A DNA stretch of 64,000 nucleotides from Lama guanicoe (lineage: Eukaryota): contig MU056050.1 in NCBI GenBank assembly GCA_013239625.1, positions 1,288,084-1,352,083 of the forward strand, written 5' to 3'. The position numbers and the translations under genes are program-made. A model generated the notes under the pieces. It had not been told where the DNA came from and made no database searches. It saw only the letters and a list, made by a program, of their open reading frames with translations. This document shows, piece by piece, positions 1 to 12,968 of the stretch (position 1 is the first letter of the stretch; each line of letters opens with the position of its first letter).

Positions 1-683
1 GGATAAATCCTACTTGGTTATAGTGTATAATCTTTTTAATGTATAGTTGAATTTGGTTTGATAATATTTTGTTGAAGATATTTGCATCTGTGTTCATCCA
101 GGAAATGAACCTATGTTTTTCTTTAGTGCCTTTGTCTAGCTTTAGTATCAGTGTGATACCGACCTCCGTAAATGAGTTTGGCTGTCTTCCCCCTCTTCTG
201 TTTTTTTGTATGAGTTTAAGTATATTTGGTAGAATTTACCCATGAAGTCCTCTGGTCCTGGCCTTTACTTTGTTGGGAGGTTTTTGATTACGGATTCAGT
301 CTCCTTATTTGTTACTGGTTTGTTTAGGCCTTCTGTATCTCCTTGATTCTGCTCTAGTAGGTTGTATGTTTATAGAAGCTTTTCTGTTTTTTTCCAGGTT
401 ATCCAATTTGTTGATATATAATTGTTTATAATAGTCCTTTATGATAATTTTTATTTCTGAGACATTTGTTGGAATGTCTCTTCTTTTATTTGTGATATTT
501 CATGTAAGTCTTCTCTCTCTTCTTTTCTCCTTTTTCTCTTGTACAGGGAAAGCCATGGTAGAGGGGATTCCTCTTGGCACTGAGTTGTACCAGCAGAGGC
601 AATGGAGTGATGCAGGTAAAACCTTCCTACACTTTCTATGCTATAAATGAATGTCTGGGTGTGGGATTCTTGCATTACCATCT
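1..683 (-). mobile_element. LINE-1 (L1MA/L1M-type): ORF2 remnant (1-~540) joined to a short 5'-end-like segment (~545-683)
   Basis: Antisense L1 ORF2 phrases (gtcctctggtcctgg...ctttgttgggaggtttttgattacggattcagtctcctta; ccaggttatccaatttgttg). The segment ending cattaccatct resembles the L1M 5' terminus read antisense. Subfamily from memory. Confidence 0.8.
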
Positions 684-939
684 GAAAAATTGCCCCACTA
701 TCTCTTAATTTTCAATGTAGCAGATTAAAATTTGAGTTTACATTGATGCCTGAAATTTCAATACTGCAGAGTATGTGCTAGTCTTTTCCTAGTCATGTTT
801 AACTCCTCTTCCCAGCAGTGGGAAAAAAAGCTCTCATTATTTATGCACATACTTAAGAAAGACACACAGAGGTAGTTTCAGATTTTTGAATCCATATCAC
901 TTCAAAAAGAAAATCTATTCACTTAGAATTCAATACTTC

Positions 940-3900
940 TTTTACACCACTGTAATAGGTAAAATTACCATGCAGTGAAATCCACATGTTCTTAAAGTTC
1001 ATTTTGATGAGATTGATACATGCTCTAGAAAGTTTTTTCATATCCCTTCCCAGTAAATCTCCTCCAGAGGAAATCTTTTTTTTTTCTTTTTCACATTGGA
1101 TTAATTTTGCCTGATCTGTAACTTTAAATAATATTAACTATATGATATGTACTCTTTGTTTCTATTTCTGCTCAGCATGTTAACAGTGAGATCCTCCTCC
1201 CGCCACCATTTATGTATCAGTATTTTTCCTATGTATTGCTGAGTGGTATTCCATTGTATGAATGTTACAATTTCTTTTTCCATTCTCCTGTTGCAGGATA
1301 TTTGAATTCTATCTCAGTTTTAGTTATTTTGAATAAAGCCTCCATGAATATTCTTATACAAATCGTTTCATGGAGATATTTTTACATGTCTCTTTAGTAA
1401 GTTTTCATCTTATATAAAAAATATAATCCTAGTGGAATTATGATGGAAATTGTTTTGAAACAGTCTGCTCTATTTTCCTCCATTCTCAATCAGAATCTAT
1501 TCTGATCCACTGGTCAATTTATCATTGTACCACTACCGCACTGTCTTAATTAGTGTAGTTGGAGCATAAACTTAAATTCAAATAATTTGCCTTTGAAATG
1601 TGTACTTACTTCTTAAGATTGTTTCAGCTATTGTAACCTCTTTGTATTTCTACATATAATTTATAGTCAGCTTTTAGAGCAGTTATGTTGGACATATTTT
1701 TATTTTACTCTTAAATATTTTATATTATTCAGAATAGCATTTTAATTTTATTTTGTTTGCTGATAGTATGCAGAAATATAATTTATGTTTTTGTATTGAC
1801 CTTGTATTTTGGAATCTTGCTAAAGCAATTTATGGCAGTAGCTTTTAATTTGTTTAAGAAGTTATTATATAGAGAGTAGTATCTTCTTCCATTAAAAGAA
1901 CAGTTTTGTTTTATCCTTCTTAATGTTCAGACCTTTCATTCCTATTGTCTTATTGCTATGACTAGGATATCTAGTACAATCCTCAATAGACATGTTTAGA
2001 GTAGGAGCATCACTGTCCCTGTCTGGATCTTAGAGGGAAAACATTCAGAATTTTATTATTATTATGTTAGCTGTAGGTTTTTCATTGGTACTTTTTTAGA
2101 TCAACTAATTTTCATTATAGTTCTAGTTTTTTGAGAGCTTTTATCATAAATGAATGTCAACTTTTGTCAAATAATTTTCCTGTCATATATTTTTATCATT
2201 TATTATGTTAGTGTGGTAAATTACCTGGATAGATTTTCAAATGTGAAACCAACCTTGAATTCCTGGAGTCAACTCTACCTAGTAATGGTGTATAATCCTT
2301 TTGGCATGTTATTAGATTCAATTTATTCGTGTTTTGTTGAGTAATATTTGTCATAGTTCATGAAGGTATTAGTCAGTAGTTTTCTATTCTTGTAATGTAT
2401 TTTTCTGCTTTTGACATCTGGATTATGTCATCCTCATAAAATGAGTTAGAAAGTATTCACTCCTCTGTTTTCTAAAATAGTTTTGTAGGATTGGAATTAT
2501 TTCTTATAACATGTTGGATACAATTCATGTGAAAACATTGGGGTCTGCTGTTTTCTTTGTTGGGAGATATTTAATTGATGATTTAATTATTTTAATAGGT
2601 AAAGGGTTACTCAATTTTCTATTTCTACTTGGGTCAGCTTGATAATTTGAATCTTTAAAAGATCTTGTCCAATTCATCTAAATATTTGAATTTATTGATA
2701 TATAACTGTTCCTAATATTCAATCATAACTTTAAAAGACTAAACAATTTGCAGTAATAGTCACTATTTTCCCTAATACTGGAAATTTGGTTCCTCATTGT
2801 GTTGTTCTTATTTGTCTATCTAAAAGTACATCAATTTTATTGATCTTTTAAAAAGACCAGCTTTACTTTGATTGATTTTCTCCTTTGTCCATTTACTATG
2901 CCATTGGTTTCTGCTCTTATCTTTTTTATGTTCTTTATTACTTTGGGTTCGATTTGTTCTTTTTGTAGTTTAATAAGGTAGAAGCTTAGATCATTGAGTT
3001 GAGGTAATTGTTCTTTTCTAATTTAACCATTTAAAGCATAAATTTCAATCTCAATACTGCTTTAGCTTTATTCATAGGTTGTTTAGAAATATGTTGTGTA
3101 ATTTCCAAATGGAATTTTATTTCTTTTATTTTATTATTTTATTTTATTTATGAAATTTCTAGATATCTTTTTTTGGCATTGGTGCCTAAATTAATTTCCT
3201 TGAGTCAGAGAATATAGTCTGTAAGGTTATAAAATTTGAAATTAATTGAGAGTTGTTTTATGGCCCATTGTATGGTCTATGATATTGAACATTTCATATT
3301 TGCTTGAAAAGAATTTGTATCATATAGTTTGGGGACTGGTGTTTAATAAATGAAAGCTAGGTAAATATGTAGTTTTGCTATTAATAACTGAGAGAAGAGT
3401 GATATAATTTTGAGGTATGATGATGGATTTTATCTATTTTCCTTTATTGTTGTCCAGTTTTAAACATTCATTATTAGGCACACTGAAAGTTATGGGTGCT
3501 TTTTGTTTCTTTACAAAGTGACAGTTTGTATCATTATGAAATATCTCTGAGGAAGTACTCTTGTCTTGAAGTTTTCTTTATTTGATATTAGCTTCTTTAT
3601 TTCTTAGTTTTCATTCTACATCCATTAGCTTTCTTTTTTTCTATTTTCTTATATTTAAAGTGAATTTCTTGTAGATAGCTTATATTTAGTCTTTCCTTGG
3701 TATCCAGCCTGGCAATATCTGCCTTTTAAAAGGAATGTTTGAACTACTGAAATGTAATCTAGTTATTTATATGGTTGGATTAAGTTTACCGTTTTGCTAC
3801 TTTTTTTTCTATTTGTGTTATATGTCATTTGTTCTTCTTGTCTTTCTGTACAATCTTTACTTTGACTTTAAAACTATTTTGCAGTGTTCCACTTTAATTC

Positions 3901-4130
3901 TGCTTGTGGCCATTTAAGGCACACGTCTTTGCCTTAATTTTAAAGTTGCTGCTTAAAAATTAAAATATTCGTTCTTAACTTACTATAGTATGAAGTTAAT
4001 ATTGTTTCACTTCATGGTAAAATATAAAAACCTTGCAATAGTATAATTACATTTCATCCCTTGTATTTATGTAGCTGTTGTCATATATATTTCATTTATG
4101 TATGTTTTAAACCATACAATACACTGTTAT
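940..4130 (-). mobile_element. Old, highly decayed LINE-1 (L1ME/MD-type), 3' UTR through ORF2
   Basis: Continuous antisense L1 motifs: gctgagtggtattccattgtatgaatg (~1238), ctaggatatctagtacaat (~1962), gaaaccaaccttgaattcctggag (~2245), tggcccattgtatggtctat (~3261). No intact frame. Confidence 0.85.
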
Positions 4131-4139
4131 TTTTGCAAG

Positions 4140-6170
4140 AGGATTTTGTCCCCATGTTAATAATGAAAAAATGCCAGGTAATCTACAAAATCATAACTCT
4201 TCTTGAAACCACCAGAGAGCTGAGCTCACAAGGTAAATGCTAAATTTCAGTTCCCCAAAATGACAAGATTCTCTCAGGAGAGACAAGAAACAGACTATTT
4301 CACGGGAAAAAAGAGGAAACTTGCATAGAATGCTTAAGAATAAATCAGCTGACATTGCAACAAATTTCAGACAGTCAAGTGTGAACATGTCAGTTTGGAA
4401 AACCTGGAGCCCCCCACACATGGGGCAATGATATTGACTTAACAGTCTTTTACATGGGCCTCTACTGGTTACTCACAAAGATTAAGGTCTGGACAGAGGA
4501 CAAGATTAAGAATAGTTATTGGTGCCAGGGTACAGGCTCCACTACCAGATGAGTAAAATAGTCCCATACTCTCTCACATCCTCTCTTCTGTGAAGAAATT
4601 GCCTTAAACCACTGCGGGAGGGAAAGCCAACTGTCGTGTCCCTAGTACTCAGGCACAGGCAAAGATTAAATTCTTCTGAATGAGGGATAGAACTACAACC
4701 CTTCTGGCTCAGGGTTCAGACAAAACCCTACATTTTGGGGTAGGTTACAGGAAAGTCCCGTCTACCCTTGGGAAAGAGTAAGAAACCTTCTCTCCAGTTC
4801 ACACAAAGCAGGCAGAGATTCTGTGCTTCTGGAGGAGGGGTAACAGTGAAAGGCATCTGCCAGTGGGGGAGAGGCATAAAAATGTCTGTTATAAAAGCCC
4901 TTCCCCAGGGGCAGGGCAGAGTTTGCTCACACAAGGTGAGCAGGATAGGAATGATAAGACCTCATCCACAAAGGCCAAGTGTGCAGGTCTTGTCTAAAAT
5001 ATGAGATTAGACAAGAAAAATTGGAAATCTTTTGCCAACTCTACAAAACTAGGACCAAGTAGCAAGCAAGAGCACTCTGGGTGTGGGTAAGGGTGCAGAG
5101 GAAGGCCTCTCTTGTGGTACAAGTGGGAAGGAATTGCTGAAATCTGAACAGAAAGGCTAAGAACTACTCCTTAGTAACCCAGCCTCACATCATGGACAGA
5201 GTAACAGCCACTTATCGTGGGGAATGAAATAGAAGACTGCATTATACTGAATGTAGCAGTACAACAGCCCAACTCAATTACTGGCTACATTTACTCAACT
5301 CCCCCAACTAGGGACCAGGCAAAAGAAGTATAACCATTTGTGGCAATAAATACTACTTGACTCAGTCTTTGTTGTTCTTCGAGATAGTAATTCTGGTATT
5401 AATTAAAAAACATAGCAAATCCAAGAAAAAATACTCATTTTTATAAGACAGAAGAAATAAATAGAAACAGACTCAGAAGAACCCGAATTTGGAACTCTCA
5501 GGAAGAACTTGAAAATAACTACTATGGAAGGCATGACTGTGTTAATTAGCTGGATTCACAATATATATGTTTATCAACATATCACATTGTATGTCTTAAA
5601 TATATGCAATTTTATTTGTCAATTATACCTCAATAAACTTGAAAAAATAAAACAATCACTGTTATATGTGAAAGGATCTAGTGGTAAATGTGCACAACAT
5701 GCATGAAGAGACGTGGAATTTCAGTAGAAAGATTGAAACAGTGCAAATGCTACAACAAACACAGACCTTGTAATCAAACTGCTTAATAACAAAGGTAAAA
5801 AGACGTTTGGGTGAAGGCAAATAGGGAGAGGAGACTAAATATAGCTGAACAGAAATAAAAATTCAACCAACTTCTCATGAAACACTTCAAATTGAACAAA
5901 AAGACAATGGATTGAAATTATTAAAATATGGAAAGAAAAAAGTTGGCCAAGAATTGTATACTTTTCAAAAATGAAGGTGAATTGAAAGTTTTTCAGTGAA
6001 ACAAAAACTGGTAGAATTTTTTTACCAGCTTGCCTGCTCTGTGAAAAATTAAAATCACACAAATTAAGTTCTCTTATCATAATGGAATTAAATTAGAAAT
6101 CAATAACAGAAACAAATTTGGAAAATTCCTCAATATTTGGAAATTAATTAATATACTCTTTAAAAAACTA
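4140..6170 (+). mobile_element. Old LINE-1 5' UTR/ORF1 remnants plus an ORF2 endonuclease-region fragment; a short L1 3'-end fragment is inserted at ~5520-5650
   Basis: A-rich sense L1 phrases: atggaattaaattagaaatcaataacaga...ggaaaattcctcaatatttggaaatta (6082-6147, ORF2 EN region) and cacattgtatgtcttaaatatatgcaattttatttgtcaattatacctcaataaa (L1 3' end). Confidence 0.7.
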
Positions 6171-6179
6171 ATGGTATTA

Positions 6180-7692
6180 TATAATAAATTCTATCCATTA
6201 TACCTTCAAATACTCTTTCTGCTCTTTTCTCTCTCCTCCTTTTGGGGCTCCTATAATGCATATGATGTTTCATTTGATGATGTTCCACAGTTCCTTTAGG
6301 CTCTTTCACTTTTCTTTTTTTTTTTCTCTTTATGAGCCTTTAACTCTCCCTTCTTCAAAATTGTAGATTCTTTCTTCTGCCTGATGAACTCTACTGTAAA
6401 CACTCTAGTACTTTTTTTCATTTTAATCATTATACTTTTCAACTCCAGAATTCCTGTTTGGTTAATTTTATAATTTGAATCTCTTTGTTGATTTTCTGAT
6501 TTTGTTTTTGCATCACTTTCCTGATTTCATTTAGTTTTTTAGCCTTTTCATTTGGCTGTTTCAGCATTTTTAAAACAGTTTTAATAAAATCTTTGTTTAG
6601 TAATTCTAGTGTGTAGGCTTCTTCAAGGATGCTTTCTGTCAGTTTATTTTGTTCCTTTGATTTGGCTATGTATTCTTGATCCTTTGTTTGCCTTGTTATT
6701 TTCTGTTGAAAACTGGACTTTTGAACATTATCAAATGGTAATTCTGAAAATCAAATTCTTTTCCATCCTTGAGGTTTACTGTGTTCTTTAATTGTTGAAG
6801 ATTTAGTAGTCTATTTGATTAATGACTTTTCAAGATTATTTTTGAGAAGTCTGTATTCCTTTTTGTATGATTACTGAAGTGTGTATTTATTTAGCTTATG
6901 TTCAGCTAGTATTTATAGAAATTTCCTTAAGTTCCAGGAGCTAAAAATGGGGGGGGGGCACCTCTCATTCTTTGCAGATTGTCACTTTATTAGAATTATA
7001 TAAAAGTTATCTGGCTTGGACTGAGCCTAGGGATTAGCCTGGTGTAAAAGTCTGGGGTCTTTTAAGATATTAATGTATGTGTGTGTCTTACCTGCCTCTT
7101 GCTTATGGCTTTCCGAATTCACCTATAAACATGGGTGTTTTTGAATGACCTAAGTTTTCAAAGAAACCCTCCCTAGTTTTTCCTTCCAGACTTTAGATAG
7201 TCTGTTACACGTGTCAACTTCAGTGTTTTGTTCCAGGCTTCTGAAGGTTGTTTGTTCACCTTGCAAAGTTCTCAAGAAATGACTGCCACTTTTCTGGCCT
7301 GTTAGTTCTGAATTTGGTGAAACAGACAAGTGCCTAGAGTCAGTGCTTCACGTATTCCCCAGACAGGTCAAAGCCAACATACACAATAATTTGTAAGTCC
7401 TAATCTATTCCTTATGTAACTTGAGAGAGGGTCCCACACTGGGAATTGCAGGCTGTCATATTCAAGACTGCTGTTGAGCCAGGAAGGAAGTGGGAGAGGG
7501 GCAATTAAAATGCCACAAAGATTTCCTACCATTTTTAAATTGCTTTTTTCTTGATTCAGTGTTTGATTCCAGTAAACTTTTGACTCTTTTCCAGAATTAT
7601 GCCAGAGTTGGTTCTGACAGTGCTTGTTTTTTGGTGTTGCTATGGGGAGATGAGAGCTTGGGGCAGTCTACTCTGCCATTTTACTGATGTCA
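6180..7692 (-). mobile_element. LINE-1 ORF1 remnant and long 5' UTR (L1MB/L1M4-like 5' end)
   Basis: Antisense ORF1 phrases (ccattataccttcaaatactctttctgctc; ttttcaactccagaattcctgtttgg). It ends in agtctactctgccattttactgatgtca and is clearly paralogous to 51385-52390 in this window. Confidence 0.75.
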
Positions 7693-7696
7693 TGCC

Positions 7697-7799
7697 TATA
7701 TAATTTAATTTTAAATAATGGGAGCACGTTCACAAATTTCCTGAAAATTTGCCATTCAGTTCTCATGAGTTGATTTCAGCTAGGTCTAGCACACCTCTG
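7697..7799 (-). mobile_element. MER63-like hAT-Blackjack DNA transposon fragment
   Basis: The reverse complement begins cagaggtgtgctagacctagctg...tgagaactgaatggcaaattttcaggaaattt...cccattatttaaaattaaattatata, matching the recalled MER63 5' end. Confidence 0.65.
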
Positions 7800-8032
7800 A
7801 GTTTAAATTCATTTGAAGGTTTCTTATCTATACTTTGAATTGCATCATGCTATCCAAGCAAAACCATGATTCTTGCCCTCGGAGAATTTTTATTCTAAAG
7901 AAAGTTCCAAGTAGGATACTGTGATACATGCATTAAAAAGAAACTTGCAGGGCATTTGTCTGGTTTTGATATTTTCATAAACCATCCTAGATAATCTCAT
8001 GATGATAGCATTCTGATCTCTGGTCCCATCTT

Positions 8033-8051
8033 TGTGAGTGTGTGTGTGTGT
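8033..8051. repeat. Short (TG)n microsatellite
   Basis: tgtgagtgtgtgtgtgtgt seen directly. Confidence 0.8.
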
Positions 8052-10739
8052 AATGGTTCTGTCATCTCTTCCTAATTATGGCTTTGTCTCCCTACTGTAA
8101 GAGTTTAAATGTTTCCCTGGGTTTTGCAATGCTTAGCTAGATGCTGGTAATCCTCTGGTCAAATCCTCTGAGCATAGGACTGACCTTTCTCTTAATTTTG
8201 TACTCTTACTAAAAATTAATAGCATTGCTTTTATATCATCTCTAAAATTAACCATTCTTAAATGGCTGAAAATACACCCTTGTGCAATTTTAGAACAACA
8301 AGAAGGTTTAATAACGTCTGTTATATATTTTAAGAATTGCTTTCTGATCATGCCAAAATAGTAATTGTGGGGGATTTATAAAGTTAATTTAGATATTGTT
8401 ACACTGAAAAATAAAATCCTTTCATTTTTAAAATGAACACATCCCATCTGTTGTATGAATTACTCTGCAACTTTCGGGGAAAAGCAAAACTGGCCCTCCT
8501 GTGTTGTTCACATGCCGGTGCTACATGTTAAATAACAGGAAAAAATGATTCTTGAGCTGGGTTTGAATCAGTTGCAATCAATTATCCATTGAATATGTAA
8601 AGCTTGGCTATGTTATACTTTTGGTTTCCTAGTTAATTAGACAATAGGGAAAAAAAAATTACATACGAGCAAAGCCACTTCCCAAAGAATCAAGTTTAGG
8701 TTTTCATATGATTGCAAAACTTATACTAAATAGGCTGATTTATATAATATATGTAAGAGCCTAAAAATAACTTTAATTATTTCCTTCTATCCTCCAGTCC
8801 TTCCTGCCACTATTCTTTTGATTTAGAGACTTACCAAAATTTACTCATTGGCACACGCTTTATTTTTAGATTTGTTGTTCTTTCTCAACTAAAAATCACT
8901 GATGCATAGAAATTTTCCATTTATTTGCTGATGTGAAAATAGTAATACATGGTACTTTAGCAGCATGTCAAAGGAGCATACAATGCAGTCATTCTCCAAG
9001 CTATAATTGCAGGCAGTGCTTCAGTGTAAAGCAATTTGCTTTTAAACATGAGAGAGCATATGGCCTGAGGAGAGAGAGTCAGTGCTAGAAACTATTATTT
9101 CTGCTATTTATTTTGGGATCTCTCCAAAATCTTCTCTATATTGCTTAAAACAAGCAAGACATTGATCACAGAGCTACCATAGACCAATATGTCCAAGTCT
9201 ACAGGATCACCTCCAAGCGCATTGGAAAATAAAAATATAAAGGGTTTATGGTATCAGGTGGTTGTAAAAACAAACACAGAAAGAATATTTTGGGTCAGTG
9301 GAGCTTGAACACTTGCTCGAGTGCCTGAAGAATACATAACTGCTCCTATTCGGAAGTCTCCCAAACAAAACTTGTTCAAGGCTGGAGTTGTCAATATATG
9401 TAATGGTCCTTTTTTCCTTGTGGTCTGAAGCTTTATGGAATCATAGACGATGATCAATATTAACCATAGAATATATATAGCCCTCAATTCCTATGGTACA
9501 GTTTAGGGTAATTCCAGATAGTCAATTATGTTATAGTCATGAAAGTTTAGACCAAAGGGGACATATGTGAGCGGTGACTTTTACCATGTGTAAAGGAACT
9601 GTTTATTAAAGTGTTTTATTTTAATGACCAAAGAATTATTGGCATTGCTTTTCTTTCTATCGCAGTAATTGGAGCTATTGCTTCAGCATCTCCAAAGAAA
9701 TGAGGAGCAGATTGGGGATAGAAAACAATTTTCTGTGAAGATATTTTTTAGAACAGTTTGTTAATGTCATCATATCACTCTCTAACCAAGCTGGAGCCGT
9801 ATATCTCTTTTTTCAACTAGGCTCAGAGTAAAACAGAAATAATCATTTGATTCAAGTATTGAAATTATAAATATTATTCCATTGTATGAAAATTACCAGA
9901 TTGCCTGGCTGATTAATTTCTTTTTCTTTTTCTATAACTTGGTAAGCTGTATCAGTGACGTTACCCACAACAAACTAGAAGACAGAGGCCGTAGTTAGCC
10001 AGAGTATTATTTATATGATAGTGGCAAAGTGCTTTGTAACTAAATTACTGATGAATTTGTAGTTCAGTGGTGGATAGGAAGCCCAAACCATTGGCTCTGA
10101 GGATGGAAAATTTTGTAATATAAAGGCACAGGAATGAGAGTATGCAATGCAACTGGCGAAGTTCAATCTGCTGTTTAGAGAATGCTACCACAATGACTTT
10201 GCCCACAGCTGTTGATCAATTCCCACTATAAAGGCAATGAATTGTGTGGGAATATGATGGCGAATCTTAAGAACTCTCTGTGTAACTAAAAGTACTTCTC
10301 CCTGAGAATGATCCACTTGTGATTTGATACTAAACAACTACTTTTCAAACGACAAATGAACCCAGCTATCAAATAGGGCCTTGTTCTTTAGCTTACCTTT
10401 CTTGTTGTAATATGAATGGAAGCAAAAATCTGTTTGAACCCTTCAGTTTGAATTGTGGCCTGCATATAGGCACCTTCTTACTCTGAAAATGTGCATTTTC
10501 TTCATTGTTAATAAGAAATGCCACAGTTCATACAACTGATGACTATTTAGAAAGCACTTGACCTTTGCTGTGATCACCATTATGTATCTCCAAAGGTCTC
10601 CCCTAAGGTGTCAAAAAAATTAGCATTAAATTGACTAACATGCTTTCTTTTTCAGCTTGTATGACATAACCTTTAAATAAAATGGTGTTTGTTTTAGAAA
10701 TAAATTAAAAAATATTTATTTTATTTATTCACAAAATGC

Positions 10740-10920
10740 ACTGACTGTTATATCTGTCAAGCACTGTGCTAAATCTTTTCATATGCATAATTTCCTAATT
10801 CTCACAAAACCCTTTTTTAAAGAGGAAACAAAGACATAGAGAAGTCACATATCTAGTAAAAGGCAAAGCAATTATGGGAACCTATTGTCTGGATCTCAAG
10901 TCTGAATTTTTGCCACTATT
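10740..10920 (-). mobile_element. MIR SINE fragment
   Basis: tgtcaagcactgtgctaaatcttttcatatgc...ctcacaaaaccc...agaggaaacaaagacatagagaagtcaca: decayed antisense MIR core. Confidence 0.65.
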
Positions 10921-11024
10921 TTTTTTTATTATTTTCCTCATAACAATCTATCCCCACCAAATGACAATATTTTAAATATACTGTTAGTTATAAAGAAGTA
11001 AAAGTAATATAGAAACCTCTAAAC

Positions 11025-11258
11025 TAGGGTTCCTCAACCTGGTCACTTGATGTTTTGGGCTAGATAATTTTTGATGGAGAGGCATTGGGGGTGGACTATA
11101 ATGTGCATTGTAAGATGTTTAGCAGTATCCCTGGTTCTAAGTGTTAGATGCCAGTGGCAAATACCACCTACTCTTAGTTGTGACAACCGAAAATGTCTCC
11201 AGTGTTAAATGTGCTGAGGGAAGGAGAATAAAATAACTCCTCCTTCTGAGAACTGCTG
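11025..11258 (+). mobile_element. MER20 hAT-Charlie non-autonomous DNA transposon, near full length
   Basis: TIRs tagggttcctcaacc ... tgagaactgctg; internal tgtgcattgtaagatgtttagcagtatccctgg...gttgtgacaaccgaaaatgtctccag; 8-bp TSD-like ctctaaac (11017-11024) / ctctagag (11259-11266). Confidence 0.9.
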
Positions 11259-11980
11259 CTCTAGAGAAAACAATGCCATGGTTCCTCTTTCAGTCATTAA
11301 ATTTGTTATTTGTTTTATAGTTTTCAGTAGCCCAGTAGTATCAGAAGTCTGTTAAAAAATATACAAATTTATTTTCTTTAATGTTATTTCCATGGAAACT
11401 AGGAGAAGGTCATCTTCTATTGCTCTAGTCTCTTGGTTGAAGTTTTAAGCTAAACTTGTCCTGTGTAATTGTAGGAATTTTTTAAACTGAAGATCAATTT
11501 AATCACTTGTTATTGTGATATATTCTAAGCTCCTTTTGAAAAAAGTAAGTGCTGGCATATTCTTGTAAGTTTTCAAGTGTGATCCTGGGTAACAGTTATG
11601 GCATTACTGAAGTTTTCTTCAAAGATGGGCTATGAAGGGAAGTCTGTAGAAATCTCAGGCTTTAGAGCATTCTTGAAGTCCATGATATAATCTAAAAGGT
11701 AATATTAAAACTGTGCTACTTTTAATTTGTTATTCTACAAGCATCATAGTCTTGATTTAACCTTAAAAGCTCTCAAATATTTATCTATAAATTACAGTGT
11801 CATGGGGTCTCATGAGGGGCACAAGATAAGTGAATGTGTATATAAAAAGCTACCTGGGTATTGTGATTAAAATAATTCCTTTTCCCTCAAAATGTGCATT
11901 TTCTTTAGGTATTGTCAACTATTAATCTTATACCAAATCCATAGGGTAGTTTTGCTATTTTCATTATGGACCATCCATCC

Positions 11981-12131
11981 TTTTTTTTTTTAATTGAAGT
12001 CTAGTCAGTTATAATGTGTCAATTTCTAGTGTACAGCACAGTGTCCCAGTCATGCATATACCTACATATATTCATTTTCATATTCTTTTTTCATTAAAGG
12101 TTATTACAAGATATTAAATATAGTTCCCTGC
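11981..12131 (-). mobile_element. Young 5'-truncated L1 3' end (cetartiodactyl, probably camelid type)
   Basis: Poly-T tail, then aattgaagtctagtcagttataatgtgtcaatttctagtgtacagcac...ggttattacaagatattaaatatagttccctg. TSD accatccatcc (11970-11980) / accatccattc (12132-12142). Confidence 0.85.
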
Positions 12132-12637
12132 ACCATCCATTCTATTTTCACTTTGAAAGTCATTTCTCAGTCTCAATACTCATCAGCTATCCCTTTGTCC
12201 AAGGGAGGTCAGTCTGCTCATGAGTCTCCTAAAGGCCTTTACGAAAGCCCCAATATATCTTTAAATGAAACAAATTGCTAGGCTAATAACTAAGTGACAA
12301 TCTCTGGTAAATTATAATATTTGGTGTTTATTCAAATACCACATGCTCCATTTTTAGTGACGTAAACACAGTCCTAGTTTTTTGGTACTCATGGCTGCTT
12401 CATTTGCTTGCCTAAGTTTTACACTGAGTTAAAAAAGGTACAAAGATTGTGTTTTTAAAATAAGATGCCATCAATAAAACACAGTCTTTGAGCCATTAGC
12501 TTTATCTAAAAATTTTTAATCTCTACTCAGAATCTGCCTCTGTTGGTACTTTGACATGGAAGAAGAGTTGTTTATATTTTATAGTAACAGAAATTTGGAC
12601 CAAAGAAAACTTTCTGGAGCTATAAACTTGACCTATC

Positions 12638-12968
12638 TTATATTAATTTATTAATTCATTCATTATTGAAGTGTAGTTGATTTACAATGGTTTTGTTAGT
12701 TTCTGGTGTACAGCATAGTGATTCAGTAATGTATATATATTTTTTCTTTTTCAGATTCTTTTCCATTATATGTTATTACATGATATTAAATATAGTTCCC
12801 TGTGCTATACAGTAGAGCCTTGCTGTTTAATCTCTTTTGTATATAGTAGTTTCTATCTGCTAATCCCAAACTCCTAAATATCCCTCCCCCTACTTTGCCC
12901 TTTGGTAACCGTATGTTTGTTTTTGATATCTGTGAGTATGTTTTTGTTTTGTAAATAAGTTCATTTAT
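12638..12968 (-). mobile_element. 5'-truncated L1 3' UTR (cetartiodactyl L1_Art-like)
   Basis: ttattgaagtgtagttgatttacaat...tatagttccctgtgctatacagtag...ctgctaatcccaaactcc...tgtaaataagttcattt. TSD ttgacctatc at 12628-12637 and 12969-12978. Confidence 0.88.

Noticed and set aside
6040..6200. Strand switch between plus- and minus-strand L1 segments as a twin-priming inversion
   Set aside because: Both sides lead to separate 5' ends with no poly-A end or TSD, so two independent truncated elements are simpler.
9254..9487. 77-aa minus-strand ORF, with a second open frame, in the repeat-free island
   Set aside because: Non-ATG start, no recognisable homology and no credible splice donor.
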